A stretch of 64,000 bases of DNA from Lama glama (lineage: Eukaryota): contig CM052817.1 in NCBI GenBank assembly GCA_028534125.1, forward strand, positions 53,260,001 through 53,324,000. Direction: 5' to 3'. This document shows positions 1 through 13,000 of the stretch, in pieces. The position numbers and the translations under genes were made by a program. The notes beneath the pieces are model-generated. The model had not been told where the DNA came from and did no database searches. It was given only the letters and a program-made list of their open reading frames with translations. Every line of letters begins with the position of its first letter. Position 1 is the first letter of the stretch.

Positions 1-619
1 TTAATATTTATTCCTATGAATTCTTGGGCATTTCTAAAGAATATGCAGATTTTTTGAAAAATGTACTATTTTTAAAATTGTATTTAAAAAGTATGGAGTC
101 CCAGCTTACATCCATTTTCTCCCTCACAGCTCTTAATAGATATTTCATACATATGGTATTACTGTTGAAATAGTAATCCAGTATCGAGAACAAACACAGG
201 TGAGAAGTTCACTGTAAATCATATAACATTTCTGCCATTATTTTTTTTTTAGTTGGTAAATTCATTTCTAAAGAAAGCAATTGTTACCTGAAGTATTTAG
301 CTTAAAAGGAGGGTATGCTGTTTTAAGATTTCACAAACTGAACATGATTTTAACAACAGCAATGCCACTCAAAATTACAAATGTATTATTCAAAATTAGA
401 TTACTGAAATGACAGAAGCCCAATTCAAAGTATTTTAGACAGTAACGGAAATTTATTGGAAGAATAGTGGATTAATTTGCATAACCACAAGTAAGGCAGT
501 GTCTAGCTTGGATCTGAAAAGCCACAACATTTGTTTGCTTTTAACTAGAACTAAAGGGAGTAATTCAATCCCTGAAAAGATCAGAAGCTGACAGTAGTCA
601 TGTTTCTGACCAAAACGAA

Positions 620-1700
620 AAGCAGAGAAGTCTTTTGGATTCTTTGACCTACTATTCTTTTGGTATTCCTCATTATTCTCCTGGCTACTTTTCTAAGCCA
701 CCCAGTTGCTCATTCATCAATATAGATATCAAAAGCTGAATTTCATCAATTTAAATTTTTTTTGTATTTCATTATCCACACTTTCGTTAAAATGAATCAT
801 CTTTCACTGGGCTTTAACTATCATCCATACCCAGGTAAGTCATATATTTCTCTCTCCAGACCCGGATGCTCCATAGAGTTCCAAACATCAATATTCAACG
901 ATTTAATTGACATTGTGAATTATATGTATCAAAGCCAACTCAATATCAATATAAGACTCATGCTATTTTCCTATTCCAGCATACCAAACTACGCAAATAA
1001 AAAAGAGAAGCTACTGACCATCTTTCAATGATCTTTAAGTCAATAAATGGATTTGCCATCCATACGATAAAGCTACTGGAGTCAGGGAATCATACCTGAC
1101 CCTTCAATTTCCCTACCCCGAGCTCAACACTCTGCTACAGTCACATATAAATCCTAACATCCAGTCCATTACCAAGTAGTGTTGAATCCCTCCTGAAAAG
1201 TGTGTCTGACTCCTGCAAACTGCCATCTCTACCATCACTACCTTTGTTGATCTTCACATCGATTCTCAGATTATTCAAGTAGATTACTTCTATGTTTATT
1301 CACTTATTTTCTTCCACACAGTTCTCAAGGCAGTGTCTGTGATTTGCTAAAATACAGATATTTTCAAGTGAAACACAGCCTTTGGATCTTTGTGAAAATG
1401 CTTGAATATTTCCCTCCATATCTCTTAATATAAAGAGAAGCTCCTTATGCACAAAACCTGCGCTAGTTGGTTCCTAATCACCTCTTCAAATTTACCTGGC
1501 ACCAAGTCCCTTGTATGCTTTTCTCTACATAACTTGTCTTTAATTCACTCATAGAAATTAGTCACCTCCACTGTCGTCTCTTTTGGGTCTCGCTGTGTGG
1601 AATATTATTTTCTCCCTTCAAGTCTTGGTTAATTCTTACATCTTTAAGTTCTCAGCTCAAACTTGAGAACCTCGTAGAAAGCTAAGAATAAAGTAATTAT
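620..1700 (+). mobile_element. Degraded LINE-2 (L2) 3' region
   Basis: Recognisable L2-like motifs: 'tctctccagacccggatgctccatagagttccaaacatcaatattcaac...attgacatt', 'ctggagtcagggaatcatacctgac', 'catccagtccattaccaagt'. Highly diverged; boundaries approximate. Confidence 0.6.
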
Positions 1701-1859
1701 ACAAATGCATACTATAAGATCCTGTGCCTTTGTTAGAAATGGCTATAAATTTAACCCTTGGTTTTTCAGCAATCTACAACCACATCTAAGAAGCAATCAG
1801 AATTTTTACAAGAAAATAAAGATAGTTAATATTTCATTGAATTCCAACTTTTCTAGTCA

Positions 1860-2055
1860 TTTATTTAAATGCATTACAAGTATTAACTCATTTAATACTT
1901 CCTTAATACTCATCATAAATATATGGGGTAGGTACAATCATGTTGCCCATGTTATAGATAAAGAAACTGAGATGCAAAGAAATTTTAAAACCTCCATAAA
2001 GTTATCTATCTAATAAGGTTAAGCCAGAATCTGAATACATGAGGTCTGGCTTCAT
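1860..2055 (-). mobile_element. MIR SINE
   Basis: MIR core in reverse: 'tattaactcatttaat...gtaggtacaatcatgttgcccatgttatagataaagaaactgagatgcaaaga...agccagaatctgaatacatgaggtctggc'. Confidence 0.8.
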
Positions 2056-2399
2056 GAAAAAAAGGCATTTATTACAGATAGGTAATTATTCCTGGTATTA
2101 AGAGCAAAGAGAAATATCAATGAATAAAAATTATTTGTAGTTTGTAATAAAATCAGTTCTGTGATTTGCACCTGTCTGCTAGCTATACTAAAATTCAAAA
2201 CACACTTCTTCTTTTCCACAGAAAGACTGAGTCAACTGTAAATTTGGGATATCCCTGGCAATAAGACATCACAGAATGCTAATTTTCAGCTTTTCTATAG
2301 AATTTTTTCATCCACCCCTTTGTTTTCAACTTATTTGTGCCTTCTTTTAATTCTTTTTTTGCATTATTTTTTTTCTATTAGCTTTTAGCTTTTCTCTTT

Positions 2400-4320
2400 G
2401 TACTTTAATAGGTTTATTCTATTTAGATTGAATATTATACCACTTCATTTAATAGCTACACATATAATTTCATCTCCAGACTTTTTTTTTCTAATGTGGT
2501 CATATGAATATATATTCCTACCCACTTTATATACTTTTCTAATTTTTGATATGAAGCCATTTGTCTCCTACAGAAATGAGGAAAAAGGTCATCTTTGCAT
2601 TTTTTTTAAAAAAAATTGTTCACCTAGTTAACTTTCTCGTGCTTGTCATTCTTAAAAATCTGTTTTTATTTGTAATGATTTACCTTTTAGGCTGAAGAAC
2701 TTCCTTAATCTTTTCTTATGGTGCAGGTCACTTGGTAACAAATTTCATCACATTTAAGTTTTCTGAAAATATGCTTATTTTATCCTCAATTCTGAAGGAT
2801 AAATTCACTAAATATATAGTCTATGGTGACAGTGTTTTTTGTCTGTTTCAGAACTTTAAATATGTAACTATATTGTCTTCTGATCTTCATCATTTCTGAT
2901 GAGAAATAAGCTAGCGAATGTATATTTTCCATTTGTGTAAGGCTTCTTTTTTCTGATTTAAATTTTGTTTCTATTTGTGGTTTATAGCAATTTGAATTTA
3001 ACGTACACTGTTGTGATTTTCTTTGTACTTTTTAAACTTGGTGTTAATATGCTTCTTGGATCTGTGATTTAATATTTTCACCACCTTTGGGAAATTTTAA
3101 TGCATTATTTTGTTCTAGTGGTTTTTTCTTTGTTCTAGAATATCTCCTCTCTTTCTGGAACTCTAATTATGCATCTGTAAAAATGAATGATATTGTCCTA
3201 TAGGTTACTAAGGGGCTATCATCTTTACCTTTTTTTTTCCTATTCTCCAGTGTGATAATTTATACTAATCTGTGTCCAAGTTCACAAATTTTTTCCTCTA
3301 TGTAATCTCAAATATTAATGGTGAAGTTAATCAATTGATTTCTTAAAAAATTCAGATAATGTAACATTTTACTCTAAAATTTCTTTTCTTCTATTCTATT
3401 CTCAAAAGAGAGCTCCATTTCTTTTTTGACATTCCCTAATCATTGCCTCATTAACGGATGTTTAAAGTCTTTGTGTGCTAACTCTGACAGGTCAGTCACA
3501 TTGGGATCCTGATTAAGGGTCTTCTTTTCCTGCTTCTTTACATCTATAATAATTTGTGATGACACATTGGACATTGTGAAACACATTGGGTGGAGCCTGG
3601 ATTATATGACTTGTTACCAAAATATAATTCAGTATTCCTTTAAAGGATATTGAGTTATATTTTGGTAACAAGTTAAATTTCTGGTAGATTCTTTCAATCT
3701 TTCCAGATTTGTTTTATTTATTTATTTTTAGGCCAGATATATTTCACTTTGGCTTTAGTCTTATTTATATGATTCTTTCTTCAAAGTATGACTTTCTAGA
3801 ATCTCAACTAAACACCTGGGATACACAATAAGATCTCTCTACACTGGCTTGGTGAGAAGTGCAACATTTCTCAGCACTGTGCAAACTTGGGTATCTCTGC
3901 TTACCTCTTAGCTTTCTGGTAACTACTCTGTCCTAAGCCTTATAGATTCTGTGCTTACATATTCTAAACTTCTCCAAAAAAATTGCCGTGCACTTCCCAC
4001 AGCCTCTAGGGTTTTCTCTTCACAGTTCCCTTCTCTACAGTAAACTGTCCCACAAGTTCGAACTATTTTAGCACATCCATCTCTACCTCCTCATCTCAAA
4101 ATACTATTTGGTCGTCATGTACCCTGGACTAGAATGTGCTTCCAAGGAGAGAGTAGAGACTAGCATCTAGCAGTCTCCACAAGAATAGTTTTTTGTTTTG
4201 TTTGTTTTGTTTTTACTTCCTGTTTACTAATATCTAAGAACAGTTGTCTCATTTTTTGCCTAGATATATAGTTGTACCATGAGGGCATGTCTGGTACCAG
4301 TTACTCCATCATGGCCACAA
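2400..4320 (-). mobile_element. Ancient L1M (L1ME/L1MD-like) ORF1/5' region, antisense
   Basis: T-rich + strand with typical antisense L1M ORF1 text: 'ttctgaaaatatgcttattttatcctcaattctgaaggataaattcact', 'catttctgatgagaaataagct', 'cttcttggatctgtg...tttgggaaattttaatgcattattt'. Confidence 0.7.
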
Positions 4321-5249
4321 ACAGACCACTTTTATTTATTTTAAGGTGAAAAGATTACAAGGCTGAAGGGATTATTTTTCTACCATTTAAAATCCTAAAG
4401 TAAGAAATAAATATACCTCTGTAACTTAATAATAGTTAAAAATCCATTTTGTCCATTTGCTCTCCATTTTCATGTTTATGAACATTTTAAGAAGGGAAGA
4501 ATATAATTATAAAAATATTAGTACTCCAGTTGATCAATTGTTAGGCAACTTTTGCTTTCTCCCTTCTGGATAGAGAGATAGATAGATAGGAATATGTGTA
4601 GATATTTGCTGAGCCTTTGAAAGTACTTAAAGCCACGGTCCCCCTCTCTCTGAAAATAAAACGCACACATACAGACACATAATACTGCCTCATATTTCTT
4701 AAAATGGACCACTTGGACCCTATTTTAAGCACACTTTATTGAAGCAAATCATTCTGGCTGTTTGACTCATGTCTCTCTTTTTCTGAATCCATATCATGTG
4801 AAATAAAACAGTTTTAAAAACACTCTGTGAAAAAAAAAAGTTAACTATTCTATGAGGTGTAGTCTATCTGTAGATACTTGTATTGTTAAAAAGTTTCTCC
4901 CTCACTTGAACAGAAATCAATCTCTCTATATGTTCGAACATCTTTATGTCTACTTTTTGAGATCTAAAAAAACCAGTATCTAATTCCTCACTCACAGAAT
5001 AGCATTTCAAATACTTCAAGATACCGCCTAGAAGTCTCAACATTAGTTTTTTTACCCATTACTTACATAATGATATTTTAACTTACCTCTTTTATTTTTC
5101 TATTTATGTTTAAATTCTTTTAAATGGAGTCTCTAAAACTGATTTCAAAAATCTAATAACATATTATAATTGCACTCCTGTGTTCTGGAAATACTGAGTA
5201 ATTTTGCTTGATTGGGACTATATTCTCTATGAAAGGAAATAGTAAGAAA

Positions 5250-5740
5250 TGAATCCAGAAATTACATTGAAGAAAGCTCCTGGAAGGGCTTTCATGCTTT
5301 CCAAGTTATTTGTTATTTTATTCTGTGCCTAATAAGAAACCATTTTTGCTTTGAATAGGATTTTCTTATGATTACAGACACACTTTGGAATAATTACTTT
5401 GACAGTGGTATGTCATTTGGATTAGAAAGTTTAGACAAGGCACTTAAAAAATGCTGAACAAAGAAAGGCAGGCAAAAGTTCAATTAAGAGGCTCATATAA
5501 TTATATTAGTGAAAAACAATAAGGTTCTGAACTACATTGTTGATAGTGGGGATATAAATTATATACAAATGGAGATATCAAAGAGGAAAAATATAAATTT
5601 TATACAAATGGAGATATCAAAAAAAGGCAATTACTTGAGAGTAACAAATGAAATAAAATAAAAATAATTTTATATTTTCAGTGTTTTTACTGATACCACG
5701 AACAGAAAAGATAAATCAGAACAGGGTTGGGTATAAAGGA
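5250..5740 (-). mobile_element. Degraded L2 fragment
   Basis: Antisense L2-like text 'ttattttattctgtg...gaaaccat...ttgaataggat...gacagtggtatgtcatttggattaga'; very diverged. Confidence 0.45.
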
Positions 5741-5759
5741 GAAAGATGTTGACAGTAAT

Positions 5760-6010
5760 CATAATAACAACCGTATCATCATTAATATGCCTCAGGTAGA
5801 GTTCTAAGTACCTTACACATATTAACTCTCATAAATGTCCTATTTTTCTAAGAGATAAGTACTATTGTTATCTGTATTTTATAGATGAGCAAACTGAGGC
5901 ACGTGATTAAGAAGTTTTCTGAAGTTCATCCAGGCAGTAAATCATAAAGAAGAGTTTTAAACCCATACAGTCTAATACAAAAGTCTATTTTTAACCAACT
6001 CTACCACACT
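5760..6010 (-). mobile_element. MIR SINE
   Basis: 'ttctaagtaccttacacatattaactc...gtactattgttatctgtattttatagatgagcaaactgaggcac...tttaaacccatacagtct...ttttaaccaactctaccacactgc'. Confidence 0.85.
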
Positions 6011-6200
6011 GCTTTTATATGACTAGTTGAGTTTATTGGTCAAATAGTTCCTAGAAAAAAATCCTTAATTTTCAAGAATATATTTAAAGCCTCTAGAAGA
6101 ATTACTGTAGCCAGAATATAGAATTATATTTAGATGTACTATATCCCAGTGTTTCTCTGGCTAAGATCTAAGTCTCTTTAAACAAGATCAGTAGATGGAG

Positions 6201-6349
6201 ATAAACCTCTTTTTTTTTCCCCTTGGGCTGCTTACTTTTCTTTATTTTTTTTAACATTTTTTATTGATTTATAATCATTTTACAATGTTGTGTCAAATTC
6301 CACTGTAAAGCACAATTTTTCAGTTATACATGAACATATAAACCTCTTT
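6201..6349 (-). mobile_element. Very short 5'-truncated young camelid-type L1 insertion with TSD and extra 3' segment
   Basis: 6241-6337 is an L1 3' terminus ('tttttttaacattttttattgatttataatcattttacaatgttgtgtcaaattccactgtaaagcacaatttttcagttatacatgaacat'). Exact direct repeat ATAAACCTCTTT at 6201-6212 and 6338-6349. The minus-strand target reads TT|AAAG, resembling the L1 endonuclease site. Confidence 0.85.
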
Positions 6350-6398
6350 AATGATGTGAGTCAAACAGCATAATAGAGTTATGTGGGAGAACATAAAA

Positions 6399-6898
6399 NN
6401 NNNNNNNNNNNNNNNNNNNNNNNNNNNNNNNNNNNNNNNNNNNNNNNNNNNNNNNNNNNNNNNNNNNNNNNNNNNNNNNNNNNNNNNNNNNNNNNNNNNN
6501 NNNNNNNNNNNNNNNNNNNNNNNNNNNNNNNNNNNNNNNNNNNNNNNNNNNNNNNNNNNNNNNNNNNNNNNNNNNNNNNNNNNNNNNNNNNNNNNNNNNN
6601 NNNNNNNNNNNNNNNNNNNNNNNNNNNNNNNNNNNNNNNNNNNNNNNNNNNNNNNNNNNNNNNNNNNNNNNNNNNNNNNNNNNNNNNNNNNNNNNNNNNN
6701 NNNNNNNNNNNNNNNNNNNNNNNNNNNNNNNNNNNNNNNNNNNNNNNNNNNNNNNNNNNNNNNNNNNNNNNNNNNNNNNNNNNNNNNNNNNNNNNNNNNN
6801 NNNNNNNNNNNNNNNNNNNNNNNNNNNNNNNNNNNNNNNNNNNNNNNNNNNNNNNNNNNNNNNNNNNNNNNNNNNNNNNNNNNNNNNNNNNNNNNNNN
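6399..6898. other. Assembly gap (500 N)
   Basis: Run of exactly 500 N. Confidence 1.
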
Positions 6899-7104
6899 TC
6901 TACTCTGAATGTAGGCAATTTCTGAACTGAGACAAGCATATAGGATGAGAGCCAGGAACATTAAGAAATAGTATAGAACATGTAGCAATTTGGAGCATAA
7001 AGTTCCATGCTGAAAGCATCCAAGTTTTTAAGAATGAAGTAAGACTGTTATAATTGCATTATACATATCAATTTCAAAGACTCACAGTAAATAAACAGAA
7101 AGTA

Positions 7105-8338
7105 CAGGCATATCTGCAAGATACTGCACATTCATTTCCAGCCCACTGTTGTGATAAAGTAAGTAATAAACTTTTTGGTTTCCCAGTGCATATAAAATTT
7201 ATGTCTACACTAGACTGTAGTCTATTAAGTGTACAACAGTATTATGTCTAAAAATAATGTGGATACCTTATTTTAAAAATACTTTATTGCTAAAAAACGC
7301 TAATTATTTATTTCTCCTCTTGAGCTATGAGGATCCTAGATGGCATCTTTTTCCAATAGAAGGCTGTTTCATCTACATCATAAATCTGTTGTTTAGTGTA
7401 GCCACCCTCATTAATGATCTAAGCTAGATCTGCTGGGTAACTTGCTGCAGTTTTTCTATCAACACTTGCTTCACCTCACACTTTGATGTTATGGAGGTGG
7501 CTTCATTCCTTCGACCTGTGAACCAACCTCTCCTGGCTTCAAACTTTCCATCTGCAGCTTCCTTATCTTTCAAACTTCGTAGAACTGAAGAATGTTAAGA
7601 CCTTGATCTTGATTATGCTTTTGCTTAAGGAAATGCTGTGGCTGGTTTGATCTTTTATCCAGATGACTAAAACTTTCTCCCTATCAGTTATAAGGCTGTT
7701 TTGATTTCTTATCATTCGTGTGCGCACTGGAGTAACACTTCTACTTTCATTCAAGAACGTTTCCTCTGCATTTACAACATGGCTGTTTGTGTAAGAAGCT
7801 TAGCTTGTAACCTATCTCAGCTTTTGACTTGCCTTCCTCACTCAGCTTAATCTGTTTCGCTTTTGATTTGGGGTTGGACACATGCGACTCACCCTTTCAC
7901 TTGAAAACTTAGAGGTCATTGTAGGGTTATTAACTGGCCTAATTTCAAAATTGTTGTGTCTCCGGGAATAGGAAGGCCCAAAAAGAGGTCAAGAAATGGT
8001 GGAATGGCTAGTCAGTGGAGCAGTCAGAACACACAACACTTATGACATGCTCCCTCTTCTATGGGCATGGTTTGCAGTAGCCCAAAGCAATGATAATAGT
8101 AACATCAAAGATTACTGACCACAGATCACTATAAAAAATGTAACAGCAATGCAAATGTTTGAAATACTGCATGAATTAACAAGATGTGTTATAGACATAC
8201 ACAGTGAGCAAACGCCACTGGAAAAATGATGCCAAAAGACATGCTTAATGTAGAGCCACCACATACCTTCAATTTGTGAAATATACCATATCTATGAAGC
8301 ACAGTGAAGCAAAAGCACAATAAAGTGAGGCATGCCTG
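7105..8338 (-). mobile_element. Tigger1 (TcMar-Tigger) DNA transposon, internally deleted, both TIRs present
   Basis: Starts CAGGCATA (7105) and ends CATGCCTG (8338), with TA on both flanks (7103-7104, 8339-8340). ORF 7563-7754 (TPVRTRMIRNQNSLITDREKVLVIWIKDQTSHSISLS) matches the Tigger1 transposase CENP-B-type HTH region. Further along the minus strand it reads ...[28 protein letters not shown] (first catalytic Asp), with stops. Confidence 0.95.
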
Positions 8339-8879
8339 TATGCTAAAATATGCGGCAATGAGTAAATGAAATAATATTTACAGCAACAATATGCTACATC
8401 CTGGGGAACTTACCCAAAGATAAGTTACTTACACTGTACCTAGACTCTGTAAGAGAAATTTCAAGTCAAACATTTTTCTTTATGTTCAATTAAAAAAACC
8501 AAAACCCCTCTAAGCAAAGGCACCATGTTTATTTCTGAGCATTTCTTTTCCATTTGCATTTAAGTTAATTTATGTGATTAAGTTATCAAATATGACTAAA
8601 GGATACTTTAAATTTTAATTACACAGAATTGTAAGAAAATGTTAAAAATCTTAAATCCTTACTCTTCCATCTCCTAGAAATCTAACTTGCATCAAGTACT
8701 GTGATTTCTCTTTCTCTCTACCTTCCAATCTATTTCCTCAGGCATATCCCGTATGTTGGATTAAGAATTGACAATGTCAAAGCCACCATCAATTCCTCCA
8801 TTTTTCTTGCCAAAAGAATCTTGAATTTGGGGAAATGGGGACTGACAAAGCTAAAAATTTATTTTACAGACACCGTGCT

Positions 8880-9100
8880 CTGGAGCCAGAGGAGCTGAGG
8901 GAATGAGGAATATAACTTAAGTCTGGCCAATAACGTGTAGCAGAGTACACTGGGGTTTCTGTAAAATATCTAAGTTTCTGTTAAAAATTGACAATGGCAG
9001 GTGTTGCTAGTTTTTTCTCTTCTTGCCTTGAGCATGGGTATCTAAACTACACCTACATTAGCCATTTTGAAAACATAAGAGAAAGTAGCAATAATGAAAT
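8880..9100 (+). mobile_element. Possible old MaLR (MLT1-type) LTR fragment
   Basis: 'ctggccaataacgtgtagcagagtacactggggtttctg...ttcttgccttgagcatgg...agccattttgaaaacataagag' resembles old MLT1 LTR text. Confidence 0.4.
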
Positions 9101-9579
9101 TGATAAGAAGTAAATGCTAAATAACAGCAAATTCTAAGCAAAATGATAAAATATTGTGAAGATATATAAATCAACTATGTGAGAAAGTTTATTGGCAAGT
9201 AGATGATCACAGTATATTCCAAAGGTTTAAGTGGTATACAAAACATTCACAAAGATGGTACCATTTTGTAAATATATGGAGAAGAAAGAGAAGTTTATAA
9301 AGAGACTGGGTATATCCTGGCAGTGGAATAAAAGAAGTGGGGAGATAGAAGTGTCTATCCCAGACGCAGCCAACAATGGGGTTGTATTCTCAGTTACAGT
9401 ACTTAGGAACAGTAATAAAGCCAAGAAGAAGCTAATAAGTGATTTATTATTAATATGTACCAGCTGGCTTTTCTACTTGTTTGCAGAAATAATATCTTCT
9501 AAGCACAGAAAACTTGGGAAATAAGAATGTAATCAAGAAAAATGTCTTTAATAATTACTTCACCAATTTTTTTTTCCAT

Positions 9580-10037
9580 TTTGTTAAACTATTCAAAATC
9601 AAATGGCTTAAAACAACAATTTATCATTATTTATTTCAATATTAACTGGGTTAAGAATCTGGGTGGGGTTCAGGGGCTTAACTTCATAATATCTGGGGTC
9701 TCTGCTGAGATGATTTGATTGGCGGGGGCTAGAACAGCTGGATGGAGTTTCTATGTCTCTCCAAATTTCTTGCTCCCCATTCTCCCTCAAGGCCTCTCCA
9801 TGTAATCACCTTGGCCTTTCACATAGCTTGCACACAGAATGGTCTGATTTCTCAAGTGAAGGCCAGTATTCCAAGAAAAAGGCAGAGAAAACTGCCAAGT
9901 CTCTTAAAGGCTAGGTCCAAAACGGCAAGCATTAATTCTTTCATGCTCTAAGACTAGATTCAAGAGGATGGGATATAGTCCTTACCTTTCAAAGGGAGGG
10001 ACGTCAAAGTATTCATGGCCATTTTTAATCCAGCATA
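9580..10037 (-). mobile_element. Old MaLR LTR (MLT1J/K-like)
   Basis: 'aatggcttaaaacaacaatttatcatt...aagaatctggg...ggcctctccatgt...gctaggtccaaaacggca...agattcaagaggatgggatatag...atggccatttttaatc'. Confidence 0.75.
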
Positions 10038-13000
10038 ATATTTATGTATGGGTTTGTGTACATGATTCAGTGGTCAGATATCCTTCAATGAAATGAAACA
10101 CAATATAACTTAAGAAAAAACTTGAAATATGAACACATATACAATAAATTGCCAGACTGATAAAGAAGATTAAGAAGAGTGGGTTAATATATTGGCTACT
10201 TCAACTGAAAAAATCCAGTTAGTTTCCAAGAGAAGCTAGACACAGGGTTCAATCTATATTCTCTCTCTTGCTTTTGCTTTTTTACTTGCTCAAATGTCCA
10301 TGGAATAACTTGAGTGGACAGACTTCGTCATAAGACAATACTTACAATATTGTAGCTTGGGGAAAAAAAGGGTCTGGTTAGCCAACCTGAGCCACATAAC
10401 CAATCCAGTAGCTGGAGAGATGAGGCCATATAATTTCATTGCCAGCTTCCTTAGATAGGAGAAATATACTTTTTAAAGGATGCATTAAACATTAGTTACC
10501 ACAAAAATCAGTGTCCACTAACTTTAAAAGGAATATAGGTAAATATAACATAATAAGATTATTAATAATAAAAGGATATGTTCACTATTTTCATGTTTCC
10601 TGTTTGAATTATTTGTGCTCTAAACTAATACCTGCTATTAAGCAGAATTATAGTTTTGTTAATATAAGAAAATTAACAGTACTTACTGCAGTTTAAAGAA
10701 CAGTAACTATGACTTGAATATATGCCAGGAAAACATATCTCAGGATTCTATGTGGAATGAGCTTTAAAATACCATTATAGTTTGTTAACTATGCACAGAT
10801 AATTAAATCATAAAGATAGAGAAGAGCAAAATTTAAGATATGTATCTCTCCATCAGAGCATTAGCACAGGAGGCTGTACCAACTACTGAATTTTCTGTGT
10901 CAGATTTGAAATATTCTCAGTGGAAGGTTAAAATCATTCCCTGTCAATCGTTATCTATCAGCACCTACATCAAGCCCAAAAGGAGTAATTGTTGAAATGG
11001 GTGTCTTCCGATAGAAAGACACCTGCTGGGATACAGATTATTTTCAATACTTTCTGTGGATGGATAACCATAGAGTCCAAGCTTCTGAGACCAGTCCAAC
11101 CAGCATTTGTCCTATATTCACTGTTTTTTACATCCTACATTCACTGTATTTTACATCAAGGGGACCTATATGCTAGAGGGTTTCCAGAAATATCTTTCAA
11201 ACGAAGGGAGGTCAGGAAATAAATTGTGGCATGCCTGAATTTGTCCCCATAATCTTGATACATGGGTTTCCATTTTAAGAATGATGGTTGTGATCAAACT
11301 CAAATTTAGGAATACGAGTGAGGGTCAAAAATCAAGCTTTTATTCGTGTTTAGTAGCTTGAAAGGGACTATTTGCTATTAGGATATTGTTGGGAAGAAGA
11401 TGACTGAATTGTTAGAATACAAAGGAGTGAAAAAGCAGTTCTAGATGTGGAAGATAAAACAATGCAGCCGACAGAATGTGTCATATATATACCATTACCC
11501 AACTGAAAACAATCTTTAATTGTCACTTAGATGAATTCTTTCAAACTATGCTACCAGAGCTTTGCAACTGTCAAGAAGAGTCAAGGAAGACGGTGCTCTG
11601 TGATTGGAATTTCTGACATATACTCCAAAGCCCACAGCAAAATCTACCTGGATCAGAGTAATTTTGTTTATCGTTAATGTACATGATTGGATTTTCACAA
11701 AGATTTTATTTGAAGGGAAGAGTCCATTGCTATAAAGATAAAGAAACTATTGAGCTAGACCTGTTGTCTCTTGAGATATTAATGCAGACTTAGTTATAAA
11801 TTTCATGCCACTGTAAATATTATATACATTATAATTATATATGAGATTTTTTAAGTATATATAACATTTTAATTTCAATGAATAAACAAGATTTTAGACC
11901 TCATTAAAACCTAGTATTAATAATATTTTAATGAAAGAAATGATTGTTAGGCATCCCTATTTTTAAACATCCCTATTCAGAAATTTGTGATATAGCAACT
12001 TATGAGCCTTGTTCAATGCAAGTATATTTCACAACTGTATTTTAACAACTGCCTTACGTGAAAAATATACCATGAAAGATGTATAGATCTAAAAGGAAGA
12101 AAACCATCGGTGGTTGTGATGACTTTATGCACTTTGAATCCAAACTGTCCACAGGTTTTTACTGAAAGGTTGCTAATAAATACTTAGAAACTAATGGAAA
12201 AGTTTTTGAAATTGTTAGTAAATTGATTTAAACCTCTCCTGAATCTCTTCATTCAGAAGATTTTTAAAGAAATAAGAAAATTCTATTTCCAGTTGTCTTT
12301 TTGGTTTTTATGTGCATCATATTTTAAAGGTATTACTAATCTCATTAGGACAAAATCACATCGTAACTATTACAATTCCAGACACATGTTTTCAAAATGA
12401 CACTGTTCATAGCACAAGTTTCTTTTGAAAAGCATTAACTTTCTCATCTATTGTAAGGTCACCTTTATGTTGAAAGAAAAGAACTTCTATATTTGTTCTC
12501 GACTTAATAACAGTACATCAATAGGTAATTACTGACAGTCACTTGTCATTCAGTAAAATAGCAATAAATTCAGTGCATTTTTTTTTGGTAAAAGGAAAAT
12601 ACATAATTTATTTTTAACTTGGGACAACTCGTATGGACTACATAATGGTAACTAGTAAAATGTTAGTCTGTACAAAGATTTTCATTTGAATTTACCTCAA
12701 TAGAAAATATAATAACATTTTAATATTTGAATGTTTTTTATTGTAACACTAATCATATTTGGGATATATTGGAATATAAGTATAATATGCTAAATCAGCT
12801 GAATCCGCATATGCCAGTGAGAGCTCTCGTGGCAATGCGTCTGCCTCCCTGAGACTCTATGCTTTATGAAACATGCGAGAGTCCTAATGACAAGCCACAT
12901 ATTAAGTTGTAAAAACCAAGTGCTCCCATGATTTAGACAAAAATTTAAATAAAGACATTCTACTTTCCTCCTGCGCTTCTATGTGATAAACACGCGGATG

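Noticed and set aside
5081..5090. Strong minus-strand splice donor GAG|GTAAGT
   Set aside because: The upstream sequence is AT-rich low complexity with no plausible acceptor or exon.
6320..6988. Four long ORFs (175-222 aa) in the ORF track
   Set aside because: Artefacts of translating through the 500-N gap.
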